Positions 26,417 through 37,702 of a stretch of DNA of 64,000 bases are shown here, piece after piece. This stretch comes from Gonapodya sp. JEL0774. Taxonomy: Eukaryota. Positions within the stretch are counted from its first letter, which is position 1. Each line of letters begins with the position of its first letter. Under the pieces are notes generated by a model. It ran no database searches and was not told the DNA's origin. It worked only from the letters and a program-made list of their open reading frames with translations. The position numbers and the translations under genes are program-made. The stretch is from assembly GCA_027604505.1 (NCBI GenBank), contig JADIIX010000037.1, positions 62,001 through 126,000 on the forward strand. The letters are read 5' to 3'.

Positions 26417-27974
26417 ATGATCATTTACACAAAGAGACTCTACACCCACCCGACTTTTGTTCGGCACCGTCTGATTGCCGGATTCAATGGCTTGACCCCG
26501 ATCAGCTGCAGACGATCCTTTTCGTCCACGTTCTTTCCCGCATCGCCGGATTCCTCGGTGGAGACTGATGATGCCGACGTAGCACTAGTAGGAGAATGGA
26601 AACGAGCCGTCGTGGGAAAACGCGCGAGTGTCGACGCGGCGAGTGAGTTGAGAGCAGCCGGCCCAAACGGAGCAGTGGCCTATTCAGAAAGTGATCCGAT
26701 ATCTTCGCTCCCGTATTCCATCCACGAAACCAACTGTTCATTGTCTGATAAAGTCGATCCATCGTGGGCGAATCTTCTTTCGGCGACACTCGCAGGATCG
26801 GGGGAGAGCCCCCGCGTATTCAGAGCCGGTGATACATTGCCTGCTTTCTGGAGTGAGTTGACTGCATGTCTGAATGAAAATCATCATCATCCCATGGAGC
26901 ACCGCTTCGATTAAAATACTTCTTCCCATCATCGTTCCGTATCCCCTTGCAGATATCGTTTACCACCACCACCCGGCTCCTCTCCCTTCCTCGCTCGCCC
27001 CTTCAGGATCGGACCTCCGCCTCTCCCCTCCCAACCCACCATTCACTCGCCGCATGTGGGCAGGTGGCACGGTCGATATCTCCCTGACCCAGCCGCTCGT
27101 CGTGGGCGGGGTCGCTCGGTGCGAGTGGTGGATCAACAAGGTGGAAAACAAAGTCGGCAAAAAGTCGGGTAAAATGGTGGTGGTCGAGGAGTTGAGGGAA
27201 GTGGCCATGCTCTCGGGGGGCAGTTCGAGTGGTGCTGGGGGACGGCTCCTCGGCGGGTTGCTCAGCGGCGGTGCAACTGGACGGCCCGCCGATAATTGGT
27301 CTGTGAAGGAATCTCGCGAAGTTGTATACCTCAAAGATGCCAAACACGACGGGGGGTCCGATGGCGCAAAACCCAACAAGCAGAAAGATACTTCTCCTGC
27401 CAGGACGACAGCCCCGCAACCCACATTCCAACGCACCGTCTCCCTCAACGAGATCGACCTATTCCGCTTGTCGGCACTCATTTTCAACGCCAATCGCGTC
27501 CACTAGTATGTTTGTTCCCACGGTTTCAACGATATCTCCATCTCCATCTCCTCTTACTGATCATCGTCGTTCATCATCTCCTACATTTGCATAGTGACCT
27601 TCCTTACGCCCACGCCGCAGGCCACCCCGATTTGGTCGTCGCAGGTCCTCACATCTCGTTGCTCTTACTCGACGCCGTGGCTCGCATGACTGGCGGACAA
27701 GACGTGCTGAAGTGGACCTAGTGCGTAGCTTTTGAGATTTTCATCATGTCGTGGGGTTTTGTGCGTTGCATCTCAAGGGCCCACCTTCACGTTCTACCCG
27801 ACACACAGTCGAGCACTCTCGCCGCTCTATGTCAACACTCCCATATCGTTTAACGTACTTGAATCGACAGGGAATCCAGGGACAGATGGGTATCGGAGCC
27901 TGGATGTGTGGGCGGCGGATGCAGACGGGAGGGTAGGGATGAGGGGCACAGCTGTAGTCGGGAAGAGGATGTGA
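26417..27974 (+). CDS. HTD2: Mitochondrial hydroxyacyl-thioester dehydratase type 2 / mesaconyl-C4-CoA hydratase-like double hot-dog protein
   Basis: Arg/Ser-rich presequence-like N-terminus; PFTRRMWAGG; LFRLSALIFNANRVH/YDLPYA..GHPDLVVAGP; RALSPLYV; 3 introns. Confidence 0.8.
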
Positions 27975-29391
27975 CGGCGATGTGTGATCATGTCTTGTAT
28001 GATTTATGAACGAGACGAATTCAGTCACCAGCTCACCTTCAACGTGCCTTCCGATCATCCACCTTCGAGTCATTGCGCTATCTGCTAGAAATTGAGATAT
28101 CGCCGCCACTTTCACTGGATCCAGTGTTTGCCACGACTGAGCAGAGTGTCCTTCTGAAGGTGCCACTGAGACTGAATTGCCCCTTGCCTAGCCTTGTTCC
28201 CATTTGTTGTAGATGAAGGTGGTACCGCGGAGGTTATGAGCGAGTGAACCGGGAATTGGAGATCGATTGAAACGGAGTACGTGGGAACACAGAGATGAGT
28301 CTTGGGTGTATGAATACAGCACTGCGCAAGTAATTTAATTCATTTGATGTGACCCGTATTGCCCAATTGCTCCGTGGTTTAAATGCACGCAGCCAAGACT
28401 CATCGGCTCCTCTGGCTCCAGTTGTGTTCGCACGAACGATCACATCCACGTTCAACATTCCACTGTCAGAATAAAAACACCCCATTACGCGCCGTCATGC
28501 AAGATCAGCACGTGCCCCCCTCCGTACCGAGCCACGTTCGAATCTAAAACTGATCAAAGAGCACACGCAAAAGTCATTCAATCATCTGCCTCGTACGGAA
28601 AAACAGGTGCCTGGTGACGAGCTTCGAGACAATGTAGAAATTCAAATCCCACTTCATTATGTAAAATCTAGCCATATATTCTTGCCGCACAAGGTAGCTT
28701 CTTGCTATCTGACAAGCGGGGATTGCTTTCTCACGAACTTCCTCGTCTTCTGATTCTCCAGAACGAAAAGTAGAACACCACTCCTGGACTGAAGAAAGTA
28801 TATTGTGCAAACGAAACCATGAGCGAATATTGGAGCGCACTCACAGAAGTTCAACTTCTGCCACTCCTGAAGGTCCGAAATCAGCAACAACAAAAAAAAA
28901 AAAGAGGCATGAAAAGTATCGAAGGACCCTGGACTGGACAGTGATCCGGCTGAGGTAACACTGGCAGGAAAATGGAGGAGCATTCGTGTGAGAACATAGC
29001 CAGTGGGACACCGCAGAAACGGATTGGCGAGACAGATGGTGAGGTTTAGAGTGACATCATAATTTTGCTCACGCATCGCATCCACGAACTAATTTTTCAT
29101 TATCTAATAGAACGACATTTCCGTAGCGATCCGTCTCTCGGTGACGTCTGCAGGATTGCGCATAATGGCCGGACAGTCCCCTCTCATTATCTCCACCCCG
29201 CCACCCCCCCCCCAAAGTATTTCTGAGACACGTTTGAATTCGTAATAAAATTAATTGTTTAATAAATATCTCCAGTGTTTGTTGTTGTCCGGTCACTATA
29301 GGTTCTGTGGATCAACCTGAAACTAATTCAGGGCTCAGTGGAGGGAGGTCACGAACGAACACAGTTGTCTGCCCTTCAGTCCACCACAATC

Positions 29392-32227
29392 ATGATGGCC
29401 CCATTACTCGTGGCGCCTTCTCCGACTGAGTATATGCCACGTCTACGACCAACGTGTGATGGCTGCGTAAAGCGGAAAACTCACTGCGAAGGATCCGTCG
29501 AAAAGGTGCCGTTTCATCAGGTTACAGTTCACATGAAACCCAACCCTCAGCGTCTCCATTGCTCGAATGCCGAACCTTTCCGTCAGCCATGCGCACGATG
29601 CGTCCGTCTTTCTATTCCCTGCAACTTTTCACCGCTTCGCGAACCGAAGAAACGCACTCCCAGGCCACCCAGGTCGGTCGACACTCCCTCCGTGGGGTCC
29701 GTTAAGGCCGGAGCTCGGTCGGCTCAACTGAACGAGTCAAGTATGAATCCACTTGCACTTGTATGGAACATGGTACCGGATTCTCCAGCTGCGGTGGTGC
29801 CAGACACTATGATGGGAGTGCTTTCAGACGCAACCTCGGACCTTTTGGCCCAGCTGATATCTCCGGACCTGCTTGCCAATCCAACAGTGATGGACTCTTT
29901 AAGTGCCTTGTTGAATTCGCCGCCTTCTGTTGCGAGCGATCAACTCAGCACGTTGAGGGGCGTTTCTCGAGACCGTTCATCCAGTCTTGTCCACTTGTAT
30001 GGGAGGAACGGTGTTTTCGGCAAGGGTTTCACGCAAATGCCACTAGAATTATCTATATTTGACGATGTGAGTTAACGTGACGACGTGTGTTCGGTCAATC
30101 AAACCCGCAAAGGCGGCACCGGCAGAATTATGAATCGTTGGGATGCTCAGGGTGGAAAAACTCAACGATGCTCCGGGTGGAAGAACATGGAATGAAGTAC
30201 CTCTTTGCCATCTTTGGAAAAGGAACTTCTCGAAAACCAGTGTGGAATATAGTCATCTGTTCTCCATCCTCCGCAACCCCCTACCAGCTCGCACCACCAC
30301 CATCAACAGATATTGTCAACAGTCTAGTTCTCTCATTTTTCCTCTCAAACAACAAGTTAGATGTCATCCACGCACCGACTTTCCTTTCCTCCCCTCGACC
30401 CCACCCCATTCTCCTGTACTCCATCATCTCGTCTATGGGTGCCCACCACGAGGATTTCGAGATTCGCCGCTCTGCACGACGAGTGTTTTATCCGCGGCTG
30501 CAGAAGCTTCTGAAGGCTGAATGGGAGGCACCTTCTATCGAAGGAGTCATCGGATTGATGCATGGGACAGTTTTAGCTGGTCATTGGAAGCTGGTGAGTT
30601 TTGTTCCATTGTGTAGTGGTGCAGTCTCAGGAATCCCTGTTCGCTGCCTTCGCATCACCGTGTCTTTACAAATCATTTGTTCGTCGTTCCAAATCCTTTG
30701 ATCTCCGATTTCAGTGGGATCAATCCACCCTCTTCATGATCCGCCTCCTCTCCTCCATCCACTACCTCGGCCTCCACTCCGAAGCCCCTAACTCTAGTAT
30801 TCTAGCCGGCCGCCCAGGCTTTCCAGCACCCGATCCGTGGGTCGCTCGCGAGACTGCCCGACGGGTGTTTTGGGTCGCAACGAGTATGGACACAAATATG
30901 GCTGCGTCGTCGAATGTTCCTAGGCTGATGTCGGGGGATGAGGCAAGAGGAGCGAGGCTGCCTTGTCCATTGAGGTGTGTGTGTGTTTGTGTGTTCACTG
31001 CAAAGGCTCGACGTAGATCGTTTCAAAATGTCGAACTGCTTTGATGGCGTGTTTGAAGTGTCCAATTATTGACAGTTTCGCTCACTTCGCATCTTAGCGA
31101 ATGGGCGGCCCCTTCCTTACCCACCTCCACACATACCACAATGCCCACCCTCGGGGAGATAGTTACTCCCTCTGATTCCGCCTCCACGTCACAAATTTTC
31201 GTCACCCCAGGCGGCCTTTACGCAGCCTTTCTTTACCTCTTCAGTCGGGTTGTGGATTTTCATCGGTACTGCGCTGGTCGAGGATGGCTCCCTTTCGCCC
31301 CACCCGACGGAACGCCAGTAAGACGGGTGAGAGCCATGGCGGAGGAAATAGAAGAAGAATTGAATGCGTGGAAGGAAAAGATCGATGGATGGGCACAGGT
31401 GGACGCCAATTGGAAAGATGTTGTTGTGGTGAATTTGCAACTTGGGTACCACGCGCTGTGGACTGGTGAGTAGCTGGAGTTGATATGAAATGTAACCAAA
31501 AGAGTAATGAGACGTGCTGTGAAACTTTCTAGTGCTTCACGGTCCCACTGTCTCCCTCATCAAGTTTGGGTATGAACTGCTCACTCCCGTCGAGCACCGT
31601 TCGGCGCCAGTGATCCCAAAACTGAAGGCAGAGGATGCGTTGGAAGCTTGGGTGGGTACTGTTTCCCGTTTTTAAAGGGTTGTACTGATGCCGCAGTTGC
31701 TCTGCACAACCTCCCGACAGAGCACTTCGAAGTCCTTCGTGACGGCAGTATCGCACGCATTTGAGGCTTCAAGCTTGCTCGACGTTCTTATTCAAAAAGA
31801 AGAACGGTTTCGAGAAATGCCAGCCGGTTTGACGGCATACTTGTAAGTTTTGACTGTTTCGTGGTTCACCCCTCCCTAATGTACAAGGTCCGTTCATTGC
31901 GATTATCTGCTCTATCCAAATAGCCTCGGTCACGTCGCTGTGATTCTCCTCTTACCTGCGCTACGCATGCAGCAAGCCGGGCTGGACGTTCACGATATCC
32001 GCCGGCGGTCGGAAATTATACTCGCTGAAATGCGTCTCCTCGAGACCGAGTGTGGTCCATCTGTCATCAACCTGGTAACATCAATCGTGGAACTGATGCT
32101 TCAGAAACTCGACGGTCAGTTGGAAAGTTTTGGCGCGGTGGTGCAGAGACTCTTTGTACCAGATGAAGGCGACCAAGTAGTGGACGTCATTGATGGATCC
32201 GAGCAGATTCAATCGGGTTTAGGGTAG
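29392..32227 (+). CDS. Zn(II)2Cys6 transcription factor with fungal TF middle-homology region, copy 1
   Basis: Spliced CDGCVKRKTHCEGSVEK/PCARCVRLSIPC (six Cys); VIHAPTF; LGLH..RETARRVFW...D; LPCP. Confidence 0.88.
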
Positions 32228-32943
32228 TTTTGCGCAATTTTTTTTTTTTTATTCTTTGCAATCTGCATTTTCGTATGAACATACCAAGCATTCTTGATGA
32301 TCTGAAAATATCTCTCTACACCTGGCCACATTACATGTTGTACTACCTCACCAACAGTCGAAAATCGAAAAAGGGCATTCCATTCTGTTCCTGTTTTCCC
32401 CTGTTACGTTCTATGAAAACCTGCTGGGTGCTTGAATGAAGGGAGACGGTAACTCGCAACACCAAAAAAGGTCGCGCTCCACACAATATAATAAAAAGGT
32501 TGAATTCGATTCAAGTTCGGCCTACAAATTTTTTATCTAAAATATCTAATCTCGACATTTGGGTCGGCTCGTCGAACGTCAAGCGCATGTTCAGGATAAG
32601 CTCCGTCATTGCGCTGACCAGGTTACACCAGTGTATTAATCCCCTGTCATTGCATCTGTAGAGACTGCATCCAGTGTATTCGGCTTGTCAAGCCTGGATA
32701 TTGGTGTGGTAAAGCATAATGAGATGGTGCATCGTGGAACAGAGCCTGACTGATAACGGTGCGCTTCAAGCTTTCCGTTCTCAAACTGGCCAATCTCCCC
32801 AGCAATTCTAAAACACGCTTGAATGCGTAATAAAGCGTGTCATCAATACCTTTTGTATTTGTTTCTGATCACCAGGTGCTGTGGGTCAACCCAAAACTGG
32901 GCAAGGCTTGGCATGGGCCTCTTTCCTTCAGTCCCCCACGATC

Positions 32944-35752
32944 ATGATGGCCCCATTACTCGTGCCGACTTCTCCGGCTGAGTATAGACCACGTCTACGA
33001 CCAACGTGTGATGGCTGCGTAAAGCGGAAAACTCACTGCGAAGGATCCGTCGAAAAGGTGCCGTTTCACGAGGTTACAGTTCACGTGAAAGCCACCCCTC
33101 AGCGTTTCCATTGCCCCATTGCGGAATCTTTCCTTCAGCCATGCGCACGATGCGTCCGTCTTTCTATTCCCTGCACCTTTTCACCCCTTCGCCGCGAACT
33201 GAAGAAACCCACTCCAAGGCAACCTAGGTCGGTCGGCACTTCGTCCGTGGGATCCATCAAGGCCGGAGCTCGGTCGGCTCAACTGAATGAGTCAGACATA
33301 TATCGACCTGCAATTGGATGGAACGGGGAACCGGATTCTCCAGCTGCCGTGGTGCCAGACACGATGATGGGGTTGTTTTCAGCCACAACGTCTGACCTGT
33401 TGGCCCAGCTGGCATCTCCGGACCTGCTAGCCAATCCAACAGTGATGGATTCTTTAAGTGCCTTGTTGAACTCGCCAACTTCTGTTGCGAGCGATCACGG
33501 GAACCCGTTGAAGGATGTTTCTCAAGACCGTTCATCCAGTCTTGTCCACTTGTATGGGAGGAACGGTATTTTCGACAAGCGTTTCACGCAAGTACCACTA
33601 GAACTATCTATATTTGACGATGTGAGTCAATATGACGATGGGTCATTCGAACCCGCAAATGGTGGCATAGGCAGAACCACGAAGAGTTGGGATGCTCCGG
33701 GTGGAAGAGCATGGAATGAAATATCTCTTCGCCATTTTTGAAAAAGGAGCTTCTCGAAAACCATTATGGAATATGATATTCTGTCCTCCATCTCCCACAC
33801 CCGCAACAGCTCGCACCACCACCATCAACAGATGTTGTCAACAGTCTAGTTCTCTCATTCTTCCTCTCAAACGATAATTTAGATGTCGTCCACGCACCCA
33901 CCTTCCTATCCTCCCCTCGACCACATCCCATTCTCCTATACGCGATCATATCATCCACGGGCGCCCACCACGAGGACTTTGAGATTCGCCGTTCCGCTCG
34001 GCGAGTGTTTTATCCGCGACTGCAGAAACTTCTGAAGGCTGAATGGGATGCACCTTCTATCGAAGGAGTCATCGGATTGATGCATGGGACATTTTTAGCC
34101 GGTTATTGGAAGCTGGTGAGTTAGTTCCATTGTGGTGGTGCAGTTTCGAGAATCTCTGTTCGGCTCCTTCGCATCACCTTGTCCCTACTAATCATTTGCC
34201 CTTCTGTTCAAATCGTTTCATCCCAAAATCAGTGGGATCAGTTCACCGTCTTCAGGATCCGCCTCCTTTCCGCCATCCACCACCTCGGCCTCCACTCCGA
34301 AGCAATCGACCCTAGTATTTTAGCGGCTCGCCCAGGCTTTCCAGAACCCGACCCCTGGGTTGCTCGCGAGACTGCTCGACGGGTTTTTTGGGCCACAACG
34401 AGCATCGACGCAAATATCGCTGCGTCTTCGAATGTCCCCCGGCTTATGTCAGGGGATGAGGCAAGAGGAGCGAGGTTACCTTGCCCGTTGAGGTGTGTGT
34501 GTGTTCGTGGGTTAACCGCGGAGGTTCAGCTCAGAGCATTACAAAATGTGATCTTGCTTTAATGGCGTGTTTGAAGCGTCCAATTCGTGATTTTGACCGT
34601 TTCGTGACCTTGCATTTTAGCGAATGGACTGCCCCTTCCTTACCCTCCTCCACACATACCACAATGCCCACCCTCGGGGAGATAGTTACCCTCTCCGATT
34701 TCGCCTCCACGTCACAAATTTTCATCACCCCAAGCGGCCTTTACGCAGCCTTTTCTTACCTCTTCAGTCGGGTTGTGGATGTTCATCGGTACTGCGCTGG
34801 TCGAGGATGGCTCCCTTTCGCCCCACCCGATGGAACACCAGTGAGACGGGTGAGAGTTATGGTGGAGGAAGTGGAAGAAGAATTGAATGCGTGGAAGGAA
34901 AAGATCGATTGGTGGTCACATCTTGAGGGCAATCGGAAAGATGTTAATGTGGTAAACTTGCATCTTGTGTACCACGCGCTGTGGACTGGTGAGTTGCTGG
35001 GACATATAAATTAACTGACCAAAAGAGTAATGAGACGTGCTGTGAAACTTTCTAGTGCTTCATGGTCCCACTGTCTCCCTCATCAAGTTTAGCTACGAAC
35101 TTCTGACTCCCGAGGAGCACCGTTCGGCGCCAGTGATCACAAAAATGAAGGCAGAAGATGCTTTGGAAGCTTGGGTGGGAACTTTTTACCCTTCTTTACA
35201 AGGGTCGTACTGACGCCACCTTTGTTCTCTACAACTTCCCCGCAGTGTACTTCAAAGTCCTTCGTGACGGCAGTATCGCACGCAATTGAGGCGTCAACCG
35301 TGCTCGACGCTCTTATTCAAAAGCAAGAACGGGTTCGAGAAATGCCCGCCCGTTCGACAGCATACTTGTAAGTCTTGAAGGTTTCGTAGTTCAACCCAGC
35401 CTCATGTGCAAGGTCCGTTCATTGCGATTATCTGCTCTATCCAAATAGCCTCGGTCACGTCGCTGTGATTCTCCTCTTACCTGCGCTACGCATGCAGCAA
35501 GCCGGGCTGGACGTTCACGATATCCGCCGGCGATCGGAAACTATTCTCGCTGAAATGCGTCTCCTCGAGATCGAATGTGGTCCATCTGCCATAAACATGG
35601 TAACATCAATCGTGGAATTGATTCTTCAGAAACTCGACGGTCGGTTCGAAAGTTTTGGTGCGGTGGTACATAGACTCTTTGTGCCAGATGAAAACGACCA
35701 CGTGGTGGATGTTATTGATGGATCTGAACCATTTCAATCGGTTTTAGGGTAG
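32944..35752 (+). CDS. Zn(II)2Cys6 transcription factor, copy 2 (close tandem paralogue of copy 1)
   Basis: Same exon-intron structure and an identical Zn-cluster peptide to copy 1; offset about 3.53-3.55 kb. Confidence 0.88.
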
Positions 35753-36094
35753 CTTTGCACAAATTTATTCTTTGCAATCTGCATTTTCGTATGAACACGT
35801 GTACCACCATCATTGAATTGATGAGAGGCCCATTTTCTACATACTTACTCTAGATAAGTTCAACGACACGCCAAATCAAAAGGGAACGTTCCCTCTTCTT
35901 TCTTTTCGTCTTCTAACATTCCAGGAAAAGCATGCCGGATTTTTCGAAATGGACGGAGACGGAACGTACATATGTCAAGAAAGGCGGGGATGAGATATGA
36001 TCCGTGATCATCACTAGCTCCTCAAGCGATTTGCTGGTGAATCAATTCTAGCAAGTCACAAGAACACAATTGCAATAATAATCAGAACCTTCTA

Positions 36095-37123
36095 ATGGCA
36101 CCAACTTTCACCGTGAGGAAGAGCGCGGATCGTGGGCACGCCAACCTTGGATGGCTCGATACTCACCACGTAATTTTTACTTTGGGGGTGGTGTAGTTCG
36201 ATTGTTTGTGCACTGCCGATTGCTTCTGTTCGATTGTCACGCCTTCAGACCTTCTCCTTCGGCGACTATGAGGACCAAAATTTTGATGGCTTTGGAACGC
36301 TGAGAGTCTTGAATGAGGACATACTGCAGCCAGGAAAGGGCTTTGGGACGCATCGTCACAGGTGAAGGGTTCCCATCACATTCATTATAACTCATCTTAC
36401 CATTTGCACGGCTTCCCCACTCGAACAGAGAGTACGAAATCTTGAGCTACGTTGTTTATGGACAACTCGAACACAAGGATAGTGCGGGGCACCGTCAAAT
36501 TATCGAACGAGGGGACGTTCAATTTACAACGGCTGGATCAGGCATATCTCACAGGTGAGACAACGTGGATATTGCTTGCTTAGTGCTGACTTAGACTTGT
36601 TCAAATGCGCAGTGAGTATAACCCATCCACGACCGACCCTGTGCATTTTCTCCAGATATGGAACCTACCCTCCAACACTCGCCTGCGACCCGGCTACACT
36701 ACTGCCCACTTCCCAGACTCATGCAAAAGAAATCAATTTGTTACGCTCGTTGCTCCCGCAAAGAAACGCGACGCCGTGCGGCCACCTCACTCAGATGCAA
36801 CCAAGCCGATTGCGATACACAGTGAATTCTGGATGTCGGCAACACTCCTTGAAGCCGGCAAGGAAGTTTTCTACAGAACGCCTCTCGTTGGGGACCCTGC
36901 CAAGGTGTCTGCTCACCCTCGGCGTGTCTACATTCATATCGTGCAAAACAATCCAGATGCCAAGATCTCCGTGACTAGTCAGAATCCACAAGGTGCAACT
37001 GCAGAGTTGTTACATGGAGATGGGATGTTTGTAAAAGGTTTTAGTGCGCAAGTGGATGAACTGATACTCAAGAGCGAGGGGGTTGGAGTCACGGAGATTG
37101 TGGTCATGGATCTTGCCCAGTGA
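36095..37123 (+). CDS. Pirin-family bicupin (YhhW/quercetin 2,3-dioxygenase-like), copy A
   Basis: [47 protein letters not shown]/..EHKDS..AGSGISH/SEYN..HFLQIW; metal ligands HxH and HxE present; 3 introns. Confidence 0.9.
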
Positions 37124-37301
37124 AAAATCTCTTGTACCATACCCTACAAATCAACAGGTGAATGTTTTTACTGCAATTTATGATTTCTTGATATTTTGGG
37201 TAATATTTTGCTGTATGTACATACAGCAAAATAATATCAAGAAGTCATAAATAGAAGTCTATGTATCTATTGATTTGTATGGTATCAAACAAGAAACTTT
37301 T
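37124..37301. repeat. AT-rich foldback (long imperfect inverted repeat) with a perfect 30-bp central palindrome
   Basis: 37204-37233 TATTTTGCTGTATGT|ACATACAGCAAAATA is self-complementary. 37176-37194 pairs with 37234-37252 (1 mismatch). 37131-37157 pairs imperfectly with 37267-37293. Confidence 0.9.
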
Positions 37302-37702
37302 ACACACAGATATTATGTATGTTACGTGGTCCGATTGAGTCGAAAAAAATATCATACACACGATACAAATCATTTGAATGTTTTTGGGCTTTTGCTGGGC
37401 CCGTAACACGTGATAGCAACAATGAGTGACGATGCGGCGCCAAACGCAACCTCCTGGGTGAAAACTATAATTCTGGAGGAGAGACTGGGATGAGGGGACA
37501 TAAGATACGGTATCAGATAAAGGAATGTGTAACCAAATTATTGCATGGAGAAATCGTCACATTTATAGTTCTCCATTGTGCTTGTTGAACGATTGCCCAC
37601 CACCAGTGATCACGCTCAGCGCTCAGGGTGCTGGTTTTCCTTAAGGGTGACTGAGCGACCGTGGGTTATCGCAAATGAACTCGCATTTTTATAACAAAGC
37701 CC

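Noticed and set aside
28000..29090. Short minus-strand ORFs upstream of TF copy 1
   Set aside because: No recognisable domain or coherent splice pattern; a decayed gene cannot be excluded.
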